This document shows positions 50,051 to 62,421 of a stretch of DNA of 64,000 nt, in pieces. The notes beneath the pieces are model-generated. The model was not told where the DNA came from and searched no databases. It was given only the letters and a program-made list of their open reading frames with translations. How positions within the stretch are numbered: the stretch's first letter is position 1; the number at the start of each line of letters is the position of its first letter. Origin of the DNA: Zootoca vivipara (taxonomy: Eukaryota); assembly GCF_963506605.1 (NCBI RefSeq), contig NC_083279.1, forward strand, positions 79,360,001 to 79,424,000, read 5' to 3'. The position numbers were made by a program, and so were the translations under genes.

Positions 50051-53000
50051 TACTTAGAAATATAACTTTGCTAGATTAGACCAAAACTCCATGTCAATCA
50101 GAAAGAGGCAGTTACTATTGTTCTTTATATATCTTTCCATCTATAACATGATTCCCCATGATCTGAAAATGCTTTTCATTTAGCATGAAACCTATTAGCC
50201 ATAATTGCTTTTAAAACCCGGTTATGGAAAACCAATCTGTGAGATTAAAAATGGAAGAAACTTGACCACTTCCATTTATCTGATTCTTTTCTTCTTTTAC
50301 ATGCATGGTTTCTCTTCTCTGTTTTTTAAACATTAAGTCATTAGTTGAGACAAAAATAAAGGTAGAGTTGCAGCCTGCTTAATTAGAAACAGGAAGTTTT
50401 CTTTATATTTGAGACACAATGATCTATTTATTAGAAACTGCTCTTCTGTAATATGGACTGTTTCTTCATGTCATGCCGGCTGAATAATGCCTGTTGAGGA
50501 TGGGAGAACAATAATAGTGTCACAAGCAAACTCATTGAGGGTATAAATAGCTTTCTTCCAGACTGAAAGGCTGAATCTACCATTAAGTTGCATGCAGCTG
50601 CACGGGTGAAGGTGGGTGGGTAAGAGCAGCTCCGACAATATAATCGTAACCTGGTACACAGAGGTCCTGTTTCTCAGATTGCGTCACTCCACAAGGCCTT
50701 TGTTCCCCAACCTAAATTGCAACTCTGTGCCCAATGGAGTGGGGTGCAATAAGCTCTTGGCAAATGTGAAGAAGGATGGTACTGATAAAGGATGAAATCT
50801 CTATTTCACTTCAACCATTAGTTCTCGGGGACAAGTTAGTTTCTAACCTTGAGTTCATGGATGTTGTTAATTGAGAGACCATTTGGGAATCTTTAGCAAA
50901 GAGTTAGTAAGTTATTTTTACACGCTTCTTTCAAATTAAAAGGGCAATCGGGCAATTTCATATAGGCTGATTATTAACTCATTTTTCACATTCACCCATT
51001 CCTCAGCAATTGAACAGGTGGCCTATTAAGAGATGGGGTTATGAAAAATATCTGCTTTTAATGACTGCATTTGGACATAGCAAAAAAATGTTTTAATCGC
51101 AAAAAAAGCATAGACAAGGAGATCAGAAGCCTTCATTTCTGTTTTTAACTATCTGCTGCTTAGCTTTATGTGCAAACCCAGACAAACTGTGATTAGTCTT
51201 AACTATGGCTTAGTGCAAGGATGGGGAAAGTGGATGCAAGGAGCTGGAGTCAATACTTGAAGGGCCATGGGTTCCAAATCTGAAAGGAGACGTTTTTGTA
51301 CTGTGGTTCATGAAGCTAGCTTGCTTTAATAAACCATATGTGAGGAGGCACTTTCACAGGAATTGTCTTGCACACAGTCATGTTCCCACACTCCATTTTG
51401 CCTAGTTCAGTATACTTTACCACCTGTCTCCTTTTCCATCTTCTCTCCTATCCAAACATCTTCATTCTGTTTCTCATCCCCAACCCATCAGTGTCATCTC
51501 ATTTCACTTTATGGGACAGACTCCAAGCTGTTGATCTTCACAGCAGGCTAGGTAGCTTTCTTGCAAGTAAATGCAGAAGTGAGGAAGGCATAAATCAGCT
51601 TTGTGGCAGATCAACTCCAGAAGAATCTCACCAGCTGGGGTTGTTTTTATTCCATCCTCCTTGGAGATGTGAGAATGGCCTCTGTTACCTGTTTCAAGAA
51701 TGTTGGGAGTGGGCCTGGACATTCTCAGCTGTGGTGCTGAGGGAAAGTCCTGAAGTTTTCTCCCCGAGTGGGCATTTTCTGACCCCAAACCTATTTTTCT
51801 GCAAACGTCTGGAGCTTTGAGGACTGTATCAAACCCTAAATCAATTATATTCATCCAGAGGTCGTGATTCTTAGCATACCTACTGTCAGTTTGGTATCCC
51901 ATTTTTTCTCCGTCACACATGGGCTCCCAAAGAGAGAAGACTAATACTGAACTTTGTTGAAGGAACTTAGATGAAAGTGCCTAGAGCAAAAGCAAATACG
52001 CAAATGGAAGAAAAGATGAAGAAGTGGTAAGAAAGCATATTAGCTGTAGGGAGGGGAGGCAGTTTACTGTTCAGAGTGGAATAATGTGCAAGACTGGGAT
52101 TATTGAGCCAGTTCAAGCAGATTTATGTATAGTTCTGCTCTACCACAGATATATAGCCTTTTGGTAAATTACGGCCTGCCAGACTCTGGTCTCTCGCTGT
52201 GAAATGGGAATAATAAAGATTTATTGCAACAGGGTTTTGAAAGGCGAACACAATAAAAGCTAAACAGTACATTGCAAATTAGAAGTGCTATATAAAGTAT
52301 TTACGGTGCTAGGGATTAATATTAATTGCTAATATCCAAACACATTTGCATTTTTAAAATTATTTTTTTCTTTTAGAGAGAATCCCCCTCAGTATAACTT
52401 GTTTCCTGTCACCTTTCTGTAATCATTTCACACACTGCTTCAGTTTGTAATCCTCTTCACTCCTTGTCACATGCATATTAAACCTTCTTTAAATCGGAGA
52501 TTTAAAAATTTAAAACATGCCTTTCATTTTGTTGCTATAAATACCAGAGACCATCATCAACACACACTAACAGCTCTTTTGCCCTTTACCAATCAGGATT
52601 TTGTTCTCCAAACGTGTTCTGTTTTTTAATGTCTACGCTTGATTCTCCCACACTTTATGATGTTTGCAGAAGGGTTTATTGAATTACATATGTTATTGTT
52701 CAGCTGGGGACAAATGAACAGGTTTCAAATAATAAGAATGAACTGCAGCTTTTTAGAACAACATACAAAAAGTGATTGCTCAGGTTCTTGTACCTCCATT
52801 GGTTAGGCACAATGCTAGCATAACCCTCCTGACATTACTTAACCATGCTTAAATAGTTGTGAACTGTCTGGGGTATCACACATTCTTTCCCTGCCTCCTG
52901 CTTAAGGAGATGCCTAGCCTCAGTTAAACAGTGGCTAACAGAAATTCCCATTCCAGAAGGGAGAGGTGGAAGAAGGGAATGTGCAGTCCTGCAACCTGTG

Positions 53001-53354
53001 TCCAGTTGCCAAACCATGGTTTGGTGATGGCGAGTGCTCCTAGACTCACACCTTCCTCTGCTTCTCATGTCTTTTCCTCCCCACCCCCCCGGTTAGCTTC
53101 AACTTAAATTTGAACCATTATAACCATGGTTACCACTAACCATAGTTTGCTTCTAAAATCAGAGACTGAAACCAGGATCAGAAATTGGTTTCAATCTCTG
53201 GTTTGAAAGCAAACTACTGTACAGTAAACGATTATGTTAATGCATGTGTAATCTGGCACTGTAGTTAACACTAGTGAGGAAAGAGACAGGGTTTCAGAGT
53301 GCTGATTCCCAAGCCATGGTATATTACAGGTTCCCAATAGCATGTGCAGAGCCT

Positions 53355-53486
53355 GAATCATAGAAGAGAAGGGATCCTGAGGATAATCTAGTCCAAATCC
53401 CCTGCAATGCAGGACTATGCCGCTGTCCCTTACCTTGAACCTGCAACCTCGGTGTTATCAGCACCACTCTCTAACCAACTGAGCTA
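53355..53486 (-). mobile_element. tRNA-Ile-derived SINE with CR1-type tail
   Basis: Reverse complement tagctcagttggttagaga..ggtgctgataacaccgaggttgcaggttc, then the tail shared with 29034. Confidence 0.78.
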
Positions 53487-53669
53487 GTCTGCACGAATTG
53501 ATTGTATGTATGATATAGGTACCGGTATATATACAATATATATTGTTTCTGAAGTTACCCTGAATGTGTGCAAAGAGAGGGCGGTTTCAACATGCATGAG
53601 CAAGACTCCCCACCATGTACATGTATAGAAACTTTGCATATTCACCAATGTCTTGACTACCCTTTAGAA

Positions 53670-53890
53670 CACGGGTTTTCAAACTGTGGTCTGTGGACCA
53701 CCAGTGGTCCATGAACTTCATTCAGCTTGTCCTGCAGCATGTCTGTGGATTTGTCATTGAACACAACACATCAGCTGCATTAAATACACATAATGGTTTT
53801 GAACAGTACGTTATTGGTTCTTTTATTTTTTACATTTTATTCCATAGAATTCAGATTGTGATGCAGAAAATACTATAATATGACAATTGC
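53670..53890. mobile_element. Old hAT-type MITE (left part)
   Basis: cacgggttttcaaactgtggtc.gtggaccaccagtggtcc start. Confidence 0.55.
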
Positions 53891-54539
53891 TAAAACAGGT
53901 AGGGAAACCCATCAGTTGCCTGCCATTAGATAGGCTCCTTTGCAATTATCAAGTGGTTGGTTGGGGTGGGGATATGAGAGCCTGCATTAGAACATGTGAA
54001 ATTTTATAACTCAGAACAGGCTATTTAATTTTCAGGTTTTAAGTAAAACATTTCTGCAAATGAGAATACAAAGTTCTCAATTGTGCAGCTGACAGTACAT
54101 GGGCAATTAACAGCAGGTAATTTATATGTTAAAATATCTTCAGTTTCCTCTTCCTCCAGCTCTTTCTTAAGCCACAAACAACCAGCTTGAATTGACTCAG
54201 CAGGAACTGCGATGATAAGGGCAAGATTTTACAGGGGGATTATTTTTTCAAAGTGCAATCGTATAAAAGTCTCCACAGAAGTAAATTTCGTTAATTTTAG
54301 TGAAGCTTACTCTTAGGTAAGTGGGTATAGGATTGCACTCTTAGGCTGCTGCTTTTTCAAAAGAATTTTTTTTTTAAATAGGTCTAGCGATTTTGCAGGG
54401 GGAAACTTGATAATATGAACCACTCAACACTCTTGAGTTGTTTGTTTTATTTTTAAAGAAGCTTCGCAAAATTCATTTTCGAGATGATTTAAAATAAAAC
54501 CTTGTAATGTTGCTAGATTCTGAGGGTATCTTAAAAACG

Positions 54540-56280
54540 AAACAAAGCACCGTTCCCCGACCCCCACCAGGGAAAAACCTGGCTGTCCTGGTTCACTTTT
54601 TGTCATTTATATTGGCTGGGCTGCTACTCTTGTTATCGGCTGTTCAATTGATAATGAAATCCAAACGGAGAGCCAAACAGCCTCCCTTTGTCTCTGGCAG
54701 AGTCGGAAGAAAGGCGGGGTGGTTGGGGGGAAGGGGCACTTAATGAGTGTTTGCCCAAATGTAAATCATCTTGTTTTAAGTCAGATGCGTGATTATTTTA
54801 TCCCGTGCCCCCAGCCCTCCCCTCCGGGTCAACTTTCGTTGTATCGTTATAGATAAAGGGGCATGGACTGTGCCTCCAGGGTGAAGGGGCCACTGGACGG
54901 GCATCGGCTCCTCTTTCACTGAGGAGACAAGGATAATTTCTCTCACCAAGAGGGGGGGAAATTGATGGGAAAGAATAGAGATGCGACGAGCATTGGGCAG
55001 ATCGGGCAAGGTTTTCTGACACCACTCCACTTGATTGATTTAACATTGGTTTTAGTGGTGGCCTTTAAGATACCGTTTTAAGGTTGCCATCCTATGTCGG
55101 GGAGTTTTAAGTCCCATTCAAGTCCACGGGACTGGACTTCTAAGGTGACTCGTATAGGATCGCACCATGCGTGCTGCGCTTAATAGTCTGCAAACCGGCC
55201 AGAGTCGTCGGTTATATGGGTAGTATAAAATTGCAAAGTTGTTTTTACAGCTGCTACTGCTGCTGCTAGGGTAACTCGGAGTGGACTTTGGTGCTGAAGG
55301 GGCGCGAGCTCCGTTCAGCCCTGCTGCTAAAAACAAGCTCTTCGGTTAAGAATCCTTTTGCACCAGACTCGTCGGTAGATTTCCAGAACCTAGTAGAACA
55401 AAGACAGCCCGCTAAGGGACTATCCGCACATCCCTGGGGGAGAGGGTCCCCAGGGGCCACTTTGGTAACGTGGCTCCTTGAGCGAGGACAAAATTCTGCG
55501 GACATTTATTTTCACACCAATTCCTTTTGGTGCAGTTGGCCTTTCATTGATCTTCTCGGCAGCTATCCGTATAAATACACCGGAGGTAGTGGTAGTTGTT
55601 TGTTATTTTGCGCCCCCCTGGCGCCCCAGCCCGTGCGCTTAGGCTAGCCGGGCACCCCCAGCCTGCCAATACTGGTCAGGTCCCTGCCCTGATCTTGCTG
55701 CTAAGGTCTTTCCTCTCCCTCTCCGCCTCTCGCTCTCTGTTCCGGTTGCTGCCATAGTGATGCTTGGGAGCAGATTAGCCGCCTATACCAGGGGTGGGGG
55801 TGGGGAGGCAGCCGCCGCCACCACAGCGACTAGGAGGCGTGTTTATGGGGGAGGTTTCTGTCGCTGCTCCACATTCATTTTTCCGTCCTCTTCTTCCCTC
55901 CGGTGTAAGGGGGGCGGGGAGAGGCCACCTTAGAGGATCAGAGGTGATCCAGCTCCCCCGCCTCTCGATCCTGGCTGTGATCTGCTGTCCGGGGTGCAGC
56001 GTCGGCGGAAAAGTTTAGTCCGGTCCTCCTTGCCAGGTAACAGCAGCTGCCGGAGGGAGGGAGGGATGGAGGGACGGCGAGCGCATGGCTTTCCCCAGCT
56101 TCCTTAGCGATAGGAGCCCATCTGCTCTGTTGGGGGTTCTCTTTTTTCTTCCTTTCCTCGGATTAGAAAGAAAAGGAGAGCCTAGCAGGTGCCCCTGCCA
56201 CAGCTATAGGAACTGGAAGCTAAGAGGGAGAAAGACTAGGCGGACTCGTTATCTTTTGCAGGCCAGTGAGGGAAGCGATT
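54540..56280 (+). promoter_or_regulatory. SPATA13: CpG island / proximal promoter
   Basis: CpG-rich about 1.7-kb block; GC box GGGGCGGGG 55911-55919; donor CAG|gtaaca at 56036/7, 1.6 kb upstream of the large exon. Confidence 0.8.
55930..56036 (+). other. SPATA13: Predicted non-coding proximal first exon (5' end approximate)
   Basis: Donor at 56036/7 inside the CpG island; TAG at 56016-56018 is in frame with exon 57668, so it cannot extend the CDS. Confidence 0.6.
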
Positions 56281-57667
56281 CCTTGAAAGCATTTTTTTAA
56301 AACCATCCTCTTCAGTGGCAATTGTTATGTGCATTTGTTTTTTCTCTGCATTTTCTTCTCATAGTGTTTCTTTTTTAAAAAAGAAAAAGAAAATATGACT
56401 TTGCAGCACAACTTTAGACATGTTTATTCAGAAGTCAGCCCCACTGTTTTCAATGGAGCTTACTCCCTAGGGTGTCTAGGACTGCACATTTAAAAACAAT
56501 TGTCATGTTTTGCTGTGAGAGTCCTTGACTTAATCCAGCCCCCCAACCCCCCCATTTTTATTTTTAAATATAAGAACTAGAAGGATGCTGAGAAGGGAAT
56601 CCTTGTTCTGAACTCCCTCTAAAGTTATTTGAAAAATTGTTCCAACCCCTTTTAAAGCAGCTCTTTGTAAATATTTATGTTCAAGCATGTAAATTACCCT
56701 TTATGCAGTATGATCAGTTAAGCTGTGAATATGGGAATAGGGTAACAGGGAAAGATGGAATTGCAAGAGTTGTTAAAACATCTCCTGGGAGCCCACACTT
56801 AAACTCCCACTACTCCTACTGTGACAAGATTTAAATAAAAGAAAATAAAACTCCTACATAAGGAAAAGATGGACTTAACAAGGCAGGGATAAGTTTGAGG
56901 AGGAGGGTTCCAGGAATTTCCAGGTTACCTTATGAAGCGTGTACTAGATAATGCTTATGTGATGTATTTTTCTTCTAAGGGAGAAATTAAAAGTAGACGG
57001 AAAAACTTACTGGGTGTTTTGAATTTCCAGTAATCCACACAGAAGCTGAATTGGTTGTTTGTGTATGTAGGCTGAGGCATGTTTCATATTTTTCACTCTC
57101 TTTAATATTTATTAAGCTCTGAATTCTGAATGTGTTAGTTAAATTTATTTTATTATTTTAATTTTAGGATTCTTTATCTTATCCTTTCAACAAGTCTCAG
57201 TGGTCAGAGTCCCAAACATCTTTTTGGCGGGCACAGGTCCCTTCAGCAGGTGCTTTTGGGGAAATACCGCAAGGAGTGCTGTGGGGCAAAGATAGGAATC
57301 TTGAGAAATAGATCTTCTAGGAAAAACTGACTACAGAATTAGGCCCCATTGATACAGCAGCATGAAGGAAATCCAGTGGGAGCTTGAGCTGGATCCTGAG
57401 CCATGAAAAAATTACATTGATGGACCCTCTTTTGGCCCTTTGGATTCTTTCTAATATCAGTATCCCAAGCCTGCAGAGCAAATGTCCCCCTTATAATATA
57501 ATAGATATAATTAATAACTCAGATAATGTTTGTGTACTTCTCAAAAAGTATTTCTCAATTCTACGAGAGAGCCTTGTTTAAGAAATCCTTGCATTTTACA
57601 CAAAAGAATCCCTTTTTTTCTGTGGAGAAAAAAAATACTAAATGCTGGCTTTGTTTTCTTGGTGCAG

Positions 57668-59470
57668 GCAGTGCAGACTACTGGAGAACTAAATCCACAC
57701 CACAGATGTGAAAACAACAACCCCAAAAGATGCACCACTGAAGAAAAGCTTTGGTTTGGTGAGAATGAAGGAGACAAGGTTTCGGATGTGAGATATAACC
57801 CCATATATCCTGATGCTTATACAGAAAATATGACAACATATCAGAATGGCTGTGGAAACGGCACCTCCGTTACCTGTATAGTGATGGATAATAAGGAATC
57901 GAAGCACTGCAATACCTCCTTAGGTCAGAGTGGTGACACAAGCCACAGCTATGAAAATGAAGGCCAGGATGATAAAGTCAGCCCTTCCAAACTCATGCAC
58001 TTTTTCTCCACTCCTCGGAAAAGATCCGGCTCCAATGTGGAAAGGCCTCGTTCTCTGATAGTCATGGGGAACCCCTCAACATGGAATGCTCTGTCTTCCA
58101 TTAGGAAAATAGGATCTTTCAAGAAGTTAAAATCCTCCGTTCTCCAAGGAATGCCAGCCAAGGACGACTCTGACACCTTAAATGGTAGCGTGTTGGAGAA
58201 TAATATCAGAAAGCGTGTCCCAAACAATACGTTGGTGAGAGTTGAAACAAACAGGTATTCTTATTCAGGGCCACTACATGACTTGCCGAGCACAACAGAT
58301 AATGCTTTTGCATCTGATCATTCCGACGGGGAGGAAGGCGACGATTCCTTCCTGAGGAACACTCACAGGTCACGCAGCATCAGGCGTGCCTATGGGATTG
58401 GCCGTATAAATTTATTAGACACTGATAAAATTCAGGGCCATCAGGACACTACCAGGACGGTATCCCCTGTCATACAGGAGGCCCAGATTTGCGAAATAGT
58501 AGTGAAAGATTCCGAAAGCAGCAAAGTCATCTACCGGAGGAGCAAAAGCACAGATAACCTGAACTTCCTGAAAAAGAGCTCATTCAAAAGGAAGTCGACC
58601 TCAAACCTCACCGACCTCAAAGTAGTGAACGAAAAGCAAACTCCACAGAGAACAACAAGTATTTCTTCAGCGGACTCTGACAAAGCCAGCAGGAACTCAG
58701 AGCGCCAGTCGAAACGCTGGAAGAGCCCAATCAGGGCGAAGGATTTCGACAGAGTTTTGAAACTTGTCAGCAACGTTGCTGATGTTGCGTTGAAGAAAGA
58801 CAGTCCCAAGAACGAAATCCCATCCTCTAATGAGCCGAACCAGAGGACTAGATCAAACAGTCGGTTGCATGATGATTACTCACGTCGGGTTTCCAGCAAC
58901 ACTGAGAAAGACAGGCGGAGGTGTGCACCCCCCAGGAGCAGCCCAGACTCTACCGTTTCCGCATCGAGTGTCCAGAGTTCTGAGGATGACAATGCTGGAG
59001 CCAATACATTAACCCTCGAAGACAGCAGCCTCAGGATGTCGTCCTGTGACCTTCCAGATTCGGTGTCTTCGCCGCCTCCACTTCAGGACGCTGGGACAAT
59101 CGCGAACGAAGTGTTTTACGAAGACTCTGATGAGCCAAGAAGTTCTCGCCAGTTTACATGCAGCAGCACTGAGCATCCTGCCACCCCTGCTAGACCCGTC
59201 ATCCCCAAGCCTCAGAGCCCTTGTGCCGAAAACCTCGAGTGCAATATGGATCTCCGTTGTCCTGACAGGAACAGCACCTTGTCACTCAGCTCTGTGGGAA
59301 GCGAGGGAAGAGGGGATGGGCCTTCTGCCAAGCTAGGGAAGAGCCCTGTTTGCTTCCAGGATTCAGTGCAAGCTGTGTTCTTTGATGACACAAATGAAGA
59401 CAGTGGCATCAGCAGCCACTCTCAGCTGAGTCTCAATTTAGCTGCGAGTGTTGATGAAAAGAAGGAGGAG
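57668..59470 (+). CDS. SPATA13: SPATA13 (ASEF2) large N-terminal coding exon, 1803 nt, phase 0-0; conserved Met at 57830
   Basis: 660-aa ORF containing motifs I recall from the long human SPATA13 isoform: ENMTT, SPSKLMHFFST.RKR, STWNAL..IRKIGSFKKLKSSVL, THRSRSIRRAYGIGRI, YRRSKSTDNL.FLKKSSFKRKSTSNL, KRWKSPIRAKDFDRV.KLVSNV, SRLHDDYSRRVS, PKPQSP, EKKEE. Acceptor ttgttttcttggtgcag|G at 57667/8; donor GAG|gtaagg at 59470/1. The GEF domains (ABR/SH3/DH/PH) lie downstream, outside the window. Confidence 0.95.
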
Positions 59471-61167
59471 GTAAGGAGGAAAGCAAGCCCTGGGCCTGTA
59501 AGGAAGGAGTAGTACTCCACTTCTGGGGTTAACTAAGTATTGACTACTACTCATGTAATGTCAGGTGGCTTAGATAACTTGTGTGTGTGTGTTTTAACCA
59601 CTCTTGCAGTTATATTCTCTGCATATTTTACTCAGAAGTAAGTAAGTGTGCGAAGAAGTGTGTAAACAATTCCATTCCGAAGGTGAAACTGGAGTAGTTT
59701 GCCCTCCTGTGCACATTAATAAAGAAAGCCACGGAAGGGAAATGGCTTGTGTACATTTCCGAGGGCAGCGCTGTTGCAGTTTTCCACCTTGCCACCTTGT
59801 GACAGGATCAAGACCAAGCAGGGTCCAGCTAGGTGAGTCCATGGCTGGAGCCCTGACAAAAGACACTTAGTGTAAGCCACATGGTAGTGGCCGTGGTGCT
59901 GAACAGTTAAGGGACCTTGAAGTCGCTCCCAAACATGCTAAAATTATACAGAAGGCTTCATGATGACAGGAGCTGCATTCACAGATCTTAACAGTTTGTT
60001 GCAGTTTTACTGTGTTTGAATGGTGGTATGTGCTGGCACATTATTTAAATGCGCAGTTAGGGGCATATTTCAAAAAGAATCCATTTTTTTTACTGAGCTG
60101 TGTTTATAAAATGGCAGCTGTGGGTAACATATGATTCCAATAATTAAGAGTGATCCCATGGATTGATTTCCACTTTATTAACCATTTCAGGTGTATTCCT
60201 CATCTGTAATCCTGGTCTCAACAGCCCTGTTCTGTATAGCGCTTGAATGTCATAGCAGTCATTATTATAGTTGTTAAGATATGCACATAACATGCAGGCG
60301 TCTAGTCCTGTTGGTTTGGAGAGAATAACTTATAAGAAAGTTCAAAACTTATGGTGGGTCGGTCAGAATTTCGATACAGAAAGGATTTAAGTGTCCTGCA
60401 ATAGAACATTGTTCCGTTTATTTTGTCCACCAATCCCTATCTCTCTTTTCATATGCTCATTGGTCTTTGACACTGTATACCAGGAGTGGCTAACCTGTCG
60501 CCATCCAGATGTTGGAATCTAACTCCCATCACCTCACCCAGCATGGCCAATAGGGATGATGGGAGTTGTAGCCCAACAACATCTGGAGGGCTAAAGGTAT
60601 TCTCCCCCAACACCCACCCTGTTATATACTGGTACCATTCCTGGAATTTTGAAAGCATTTTAAAGAAGTAAATCTTGGGAGCAGAACTATGTTAAGTAAA
60701 TACATCAGTGTGTTAAATTACCAGCGCATCCCAATAGCACAAATATACCTGTAATTGTGTGAGATATTGAGGCACAGAAGTGCTATATCTTTAGGAAAAG
60801 CTGAGAACAGAATTTGTGGAGCAGCAGGGAAGGAACCACTTCTATGTGGCTTTCTGCTGCACTCAGGTTCCATGCTTTTTCTTTATTTTGCTTCCTGTTT
60901 CTTAACTTGCAACATAACATCACTGCAATAGTGCAAGGAAGTTAATTAGGTAACACTCCTATATCTCTTTCTGGTGTAAATATAAAGCAGCTGTTGGTGT
61001 TCTGAAGGTCTATGTCAAACCTTTCCAGTGCATCTATGATACATACTTCACAATACAATTTAGGCTAAAACTTCCTATGAGTGAATGGAATGGTGTAAAA
61101 ATAATGCAGAAATGTTGTGGCTCAGCAAGACTGACCTACTTGCTGTAAGTAGCAGTTAATAAAACCA

Positions 61168-61170
<3 letters not shown>

Positions 61171-61218
<48 letters not shown>
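61171..61218. repeat. (AG)24 microsatellite
   Basis: Perfect repeat. Confidence 0.97.
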
Positions 61219-61222
<4 letters not shown>

Positions 61223-61437
61223 ACTTTCTCAGGCTACTTCTATTTGCTTAATTTGTTATGTTGTAGTTTTGCATAACTTCATTAATTCTACAAATCACAT
61301 TCCATTCTGTGGCCACTACTGTAGAATCTGAAAGGTGGTATTCAACTCAGCTTTACTCAAAGATGACACGCTGAAATTAATGAACATAACTAAATTAGGT
61401 CCATTAATTTCAATGTGTCTGCTGTGAGTAAAACTTA

Positions 61438-61540
61438 CGTATTTTCCGGCATATAAGACGACTGGGCGTATAAGATGATCCCCGACTTTTGAGAAGATTT
61501 TCCTGGGTTAAAAAGTAGTCTTATACGCAGGAAAATACAG
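61438..61540. mobile_element. Short pogo-like MITE (same family as 49870) nested in a palindromic MITE
   Basis: cgtattttccggcatataagacgac...gtcttatacgcaggaaaatacag; the host arms flank it. Confidence 0.8.
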
Positions 61541-61920
61541 CAAGTCTAATACTGTACCACCCAATGTTTTCCATCGCTTAGGCTTCCTGTATTTTGTAAT
61601 ACTTACCTGTAACTGGTTAGATACTTTTATTCTTTTGGAACAACATGTATCTAAAATGTTATATTGCAGATGTGCGAAGGGAAGAGCCACCTCTAGCACG
61701 ATAGCTGAATCATATGGTGACAGGCAAAGAGGAATAAAAACAGTCCATATTTCACCTCTTGCAAACAGCTCCACTGTGTGGAAGGATGAAAGAATGTCAG
61801 GGCTTCAGAATAGTTCTAGTTGTTAAGTACGGTAATAAAGCTTCAAAATGCACTGCAAATCCTACACAGATTCTGTCATTGAAATAAACTGTAGAGATGT
61901 GCATTAGAACATTTATGTGA

Positions 61921-62150
61921 AGAGAGCCAGTGTGGTGTGGAGCATTACTTGGGACACCAGGGTTACAAGTCCCCACTCAGCCATGAAGCCCAGCAGGCGA
62001 TCTTGGGTTATGTCACTGCCTTTTAGCCTAACCTACGTAGCCCAGGGTTGTTGTAAAGATAAATAAGGAGAGAACTATGTACATACGTCACCTTGAGCTC
62101 CTTGAGGAAGCAAGGGAAATAAATGTGATAATAAAATGAATAAATAAAAA
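61921..62150 (+). mobile_element. CORE/MIR-like squamate SINE
   Basis: gagagccagtgtggtgt head, ccccactcagccatgaagc..atcttggg..tcact..agcctaacctac..agggttgttgt core, AT-rich tail. Confidence 0.75.
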
Positions 62151-62347
62151 CTAAGTATGTAAATACAGTCCCTTGGGCACAGGGGAGGCCCATGCATTAG
62201 GCAAGGTGAAGCCGTTTGCTTCAGGCTGTGGATCTGACCCTTTCCTCACAGCTGCATGGGTGCAATGGTGGGAGCAGGGAGGGAGACCTGGGAAGGAGGT
62301 TATCATGAGGGCAGCGGAAGGGCGTTTTGCTTGACATTGCACAGTGG

Positions 62348-62421
62348 TAGAATCATAGAATTATAGAGTTGGAAGGTACCCCAAGGGTCATCTTGTCCAA
62401 CCCCCTGCAATGCAGGAATCT
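62348..62421 (-). mobile_element. CR1-type SINE tail fragment
   Basis: tagaatcatagaattatagagttggaagg.acccc.agggtcatct.gtccaaccccctgcaatgcaggaatc. Confidence 0.75.

Noticed and set aside
55608-55626. CTCF-like tgcgcccccctggcg
   Set aside because: An extra C breaks the core motif, and the sequence resembles a MITE end.
57530-57667. First 46 aa of the 660-aa ORF (MCTSQKVF...)
   Set aside because: Non-ATG start; covers the polypyrimidine tract and acceptor, so it is intronic.
59471-59512. C-terminal VRRKASPGPVRKE of the 660-aa ORF
   Set aside because: Lies beyond the GAG|gtaagg donor; intron read-through.
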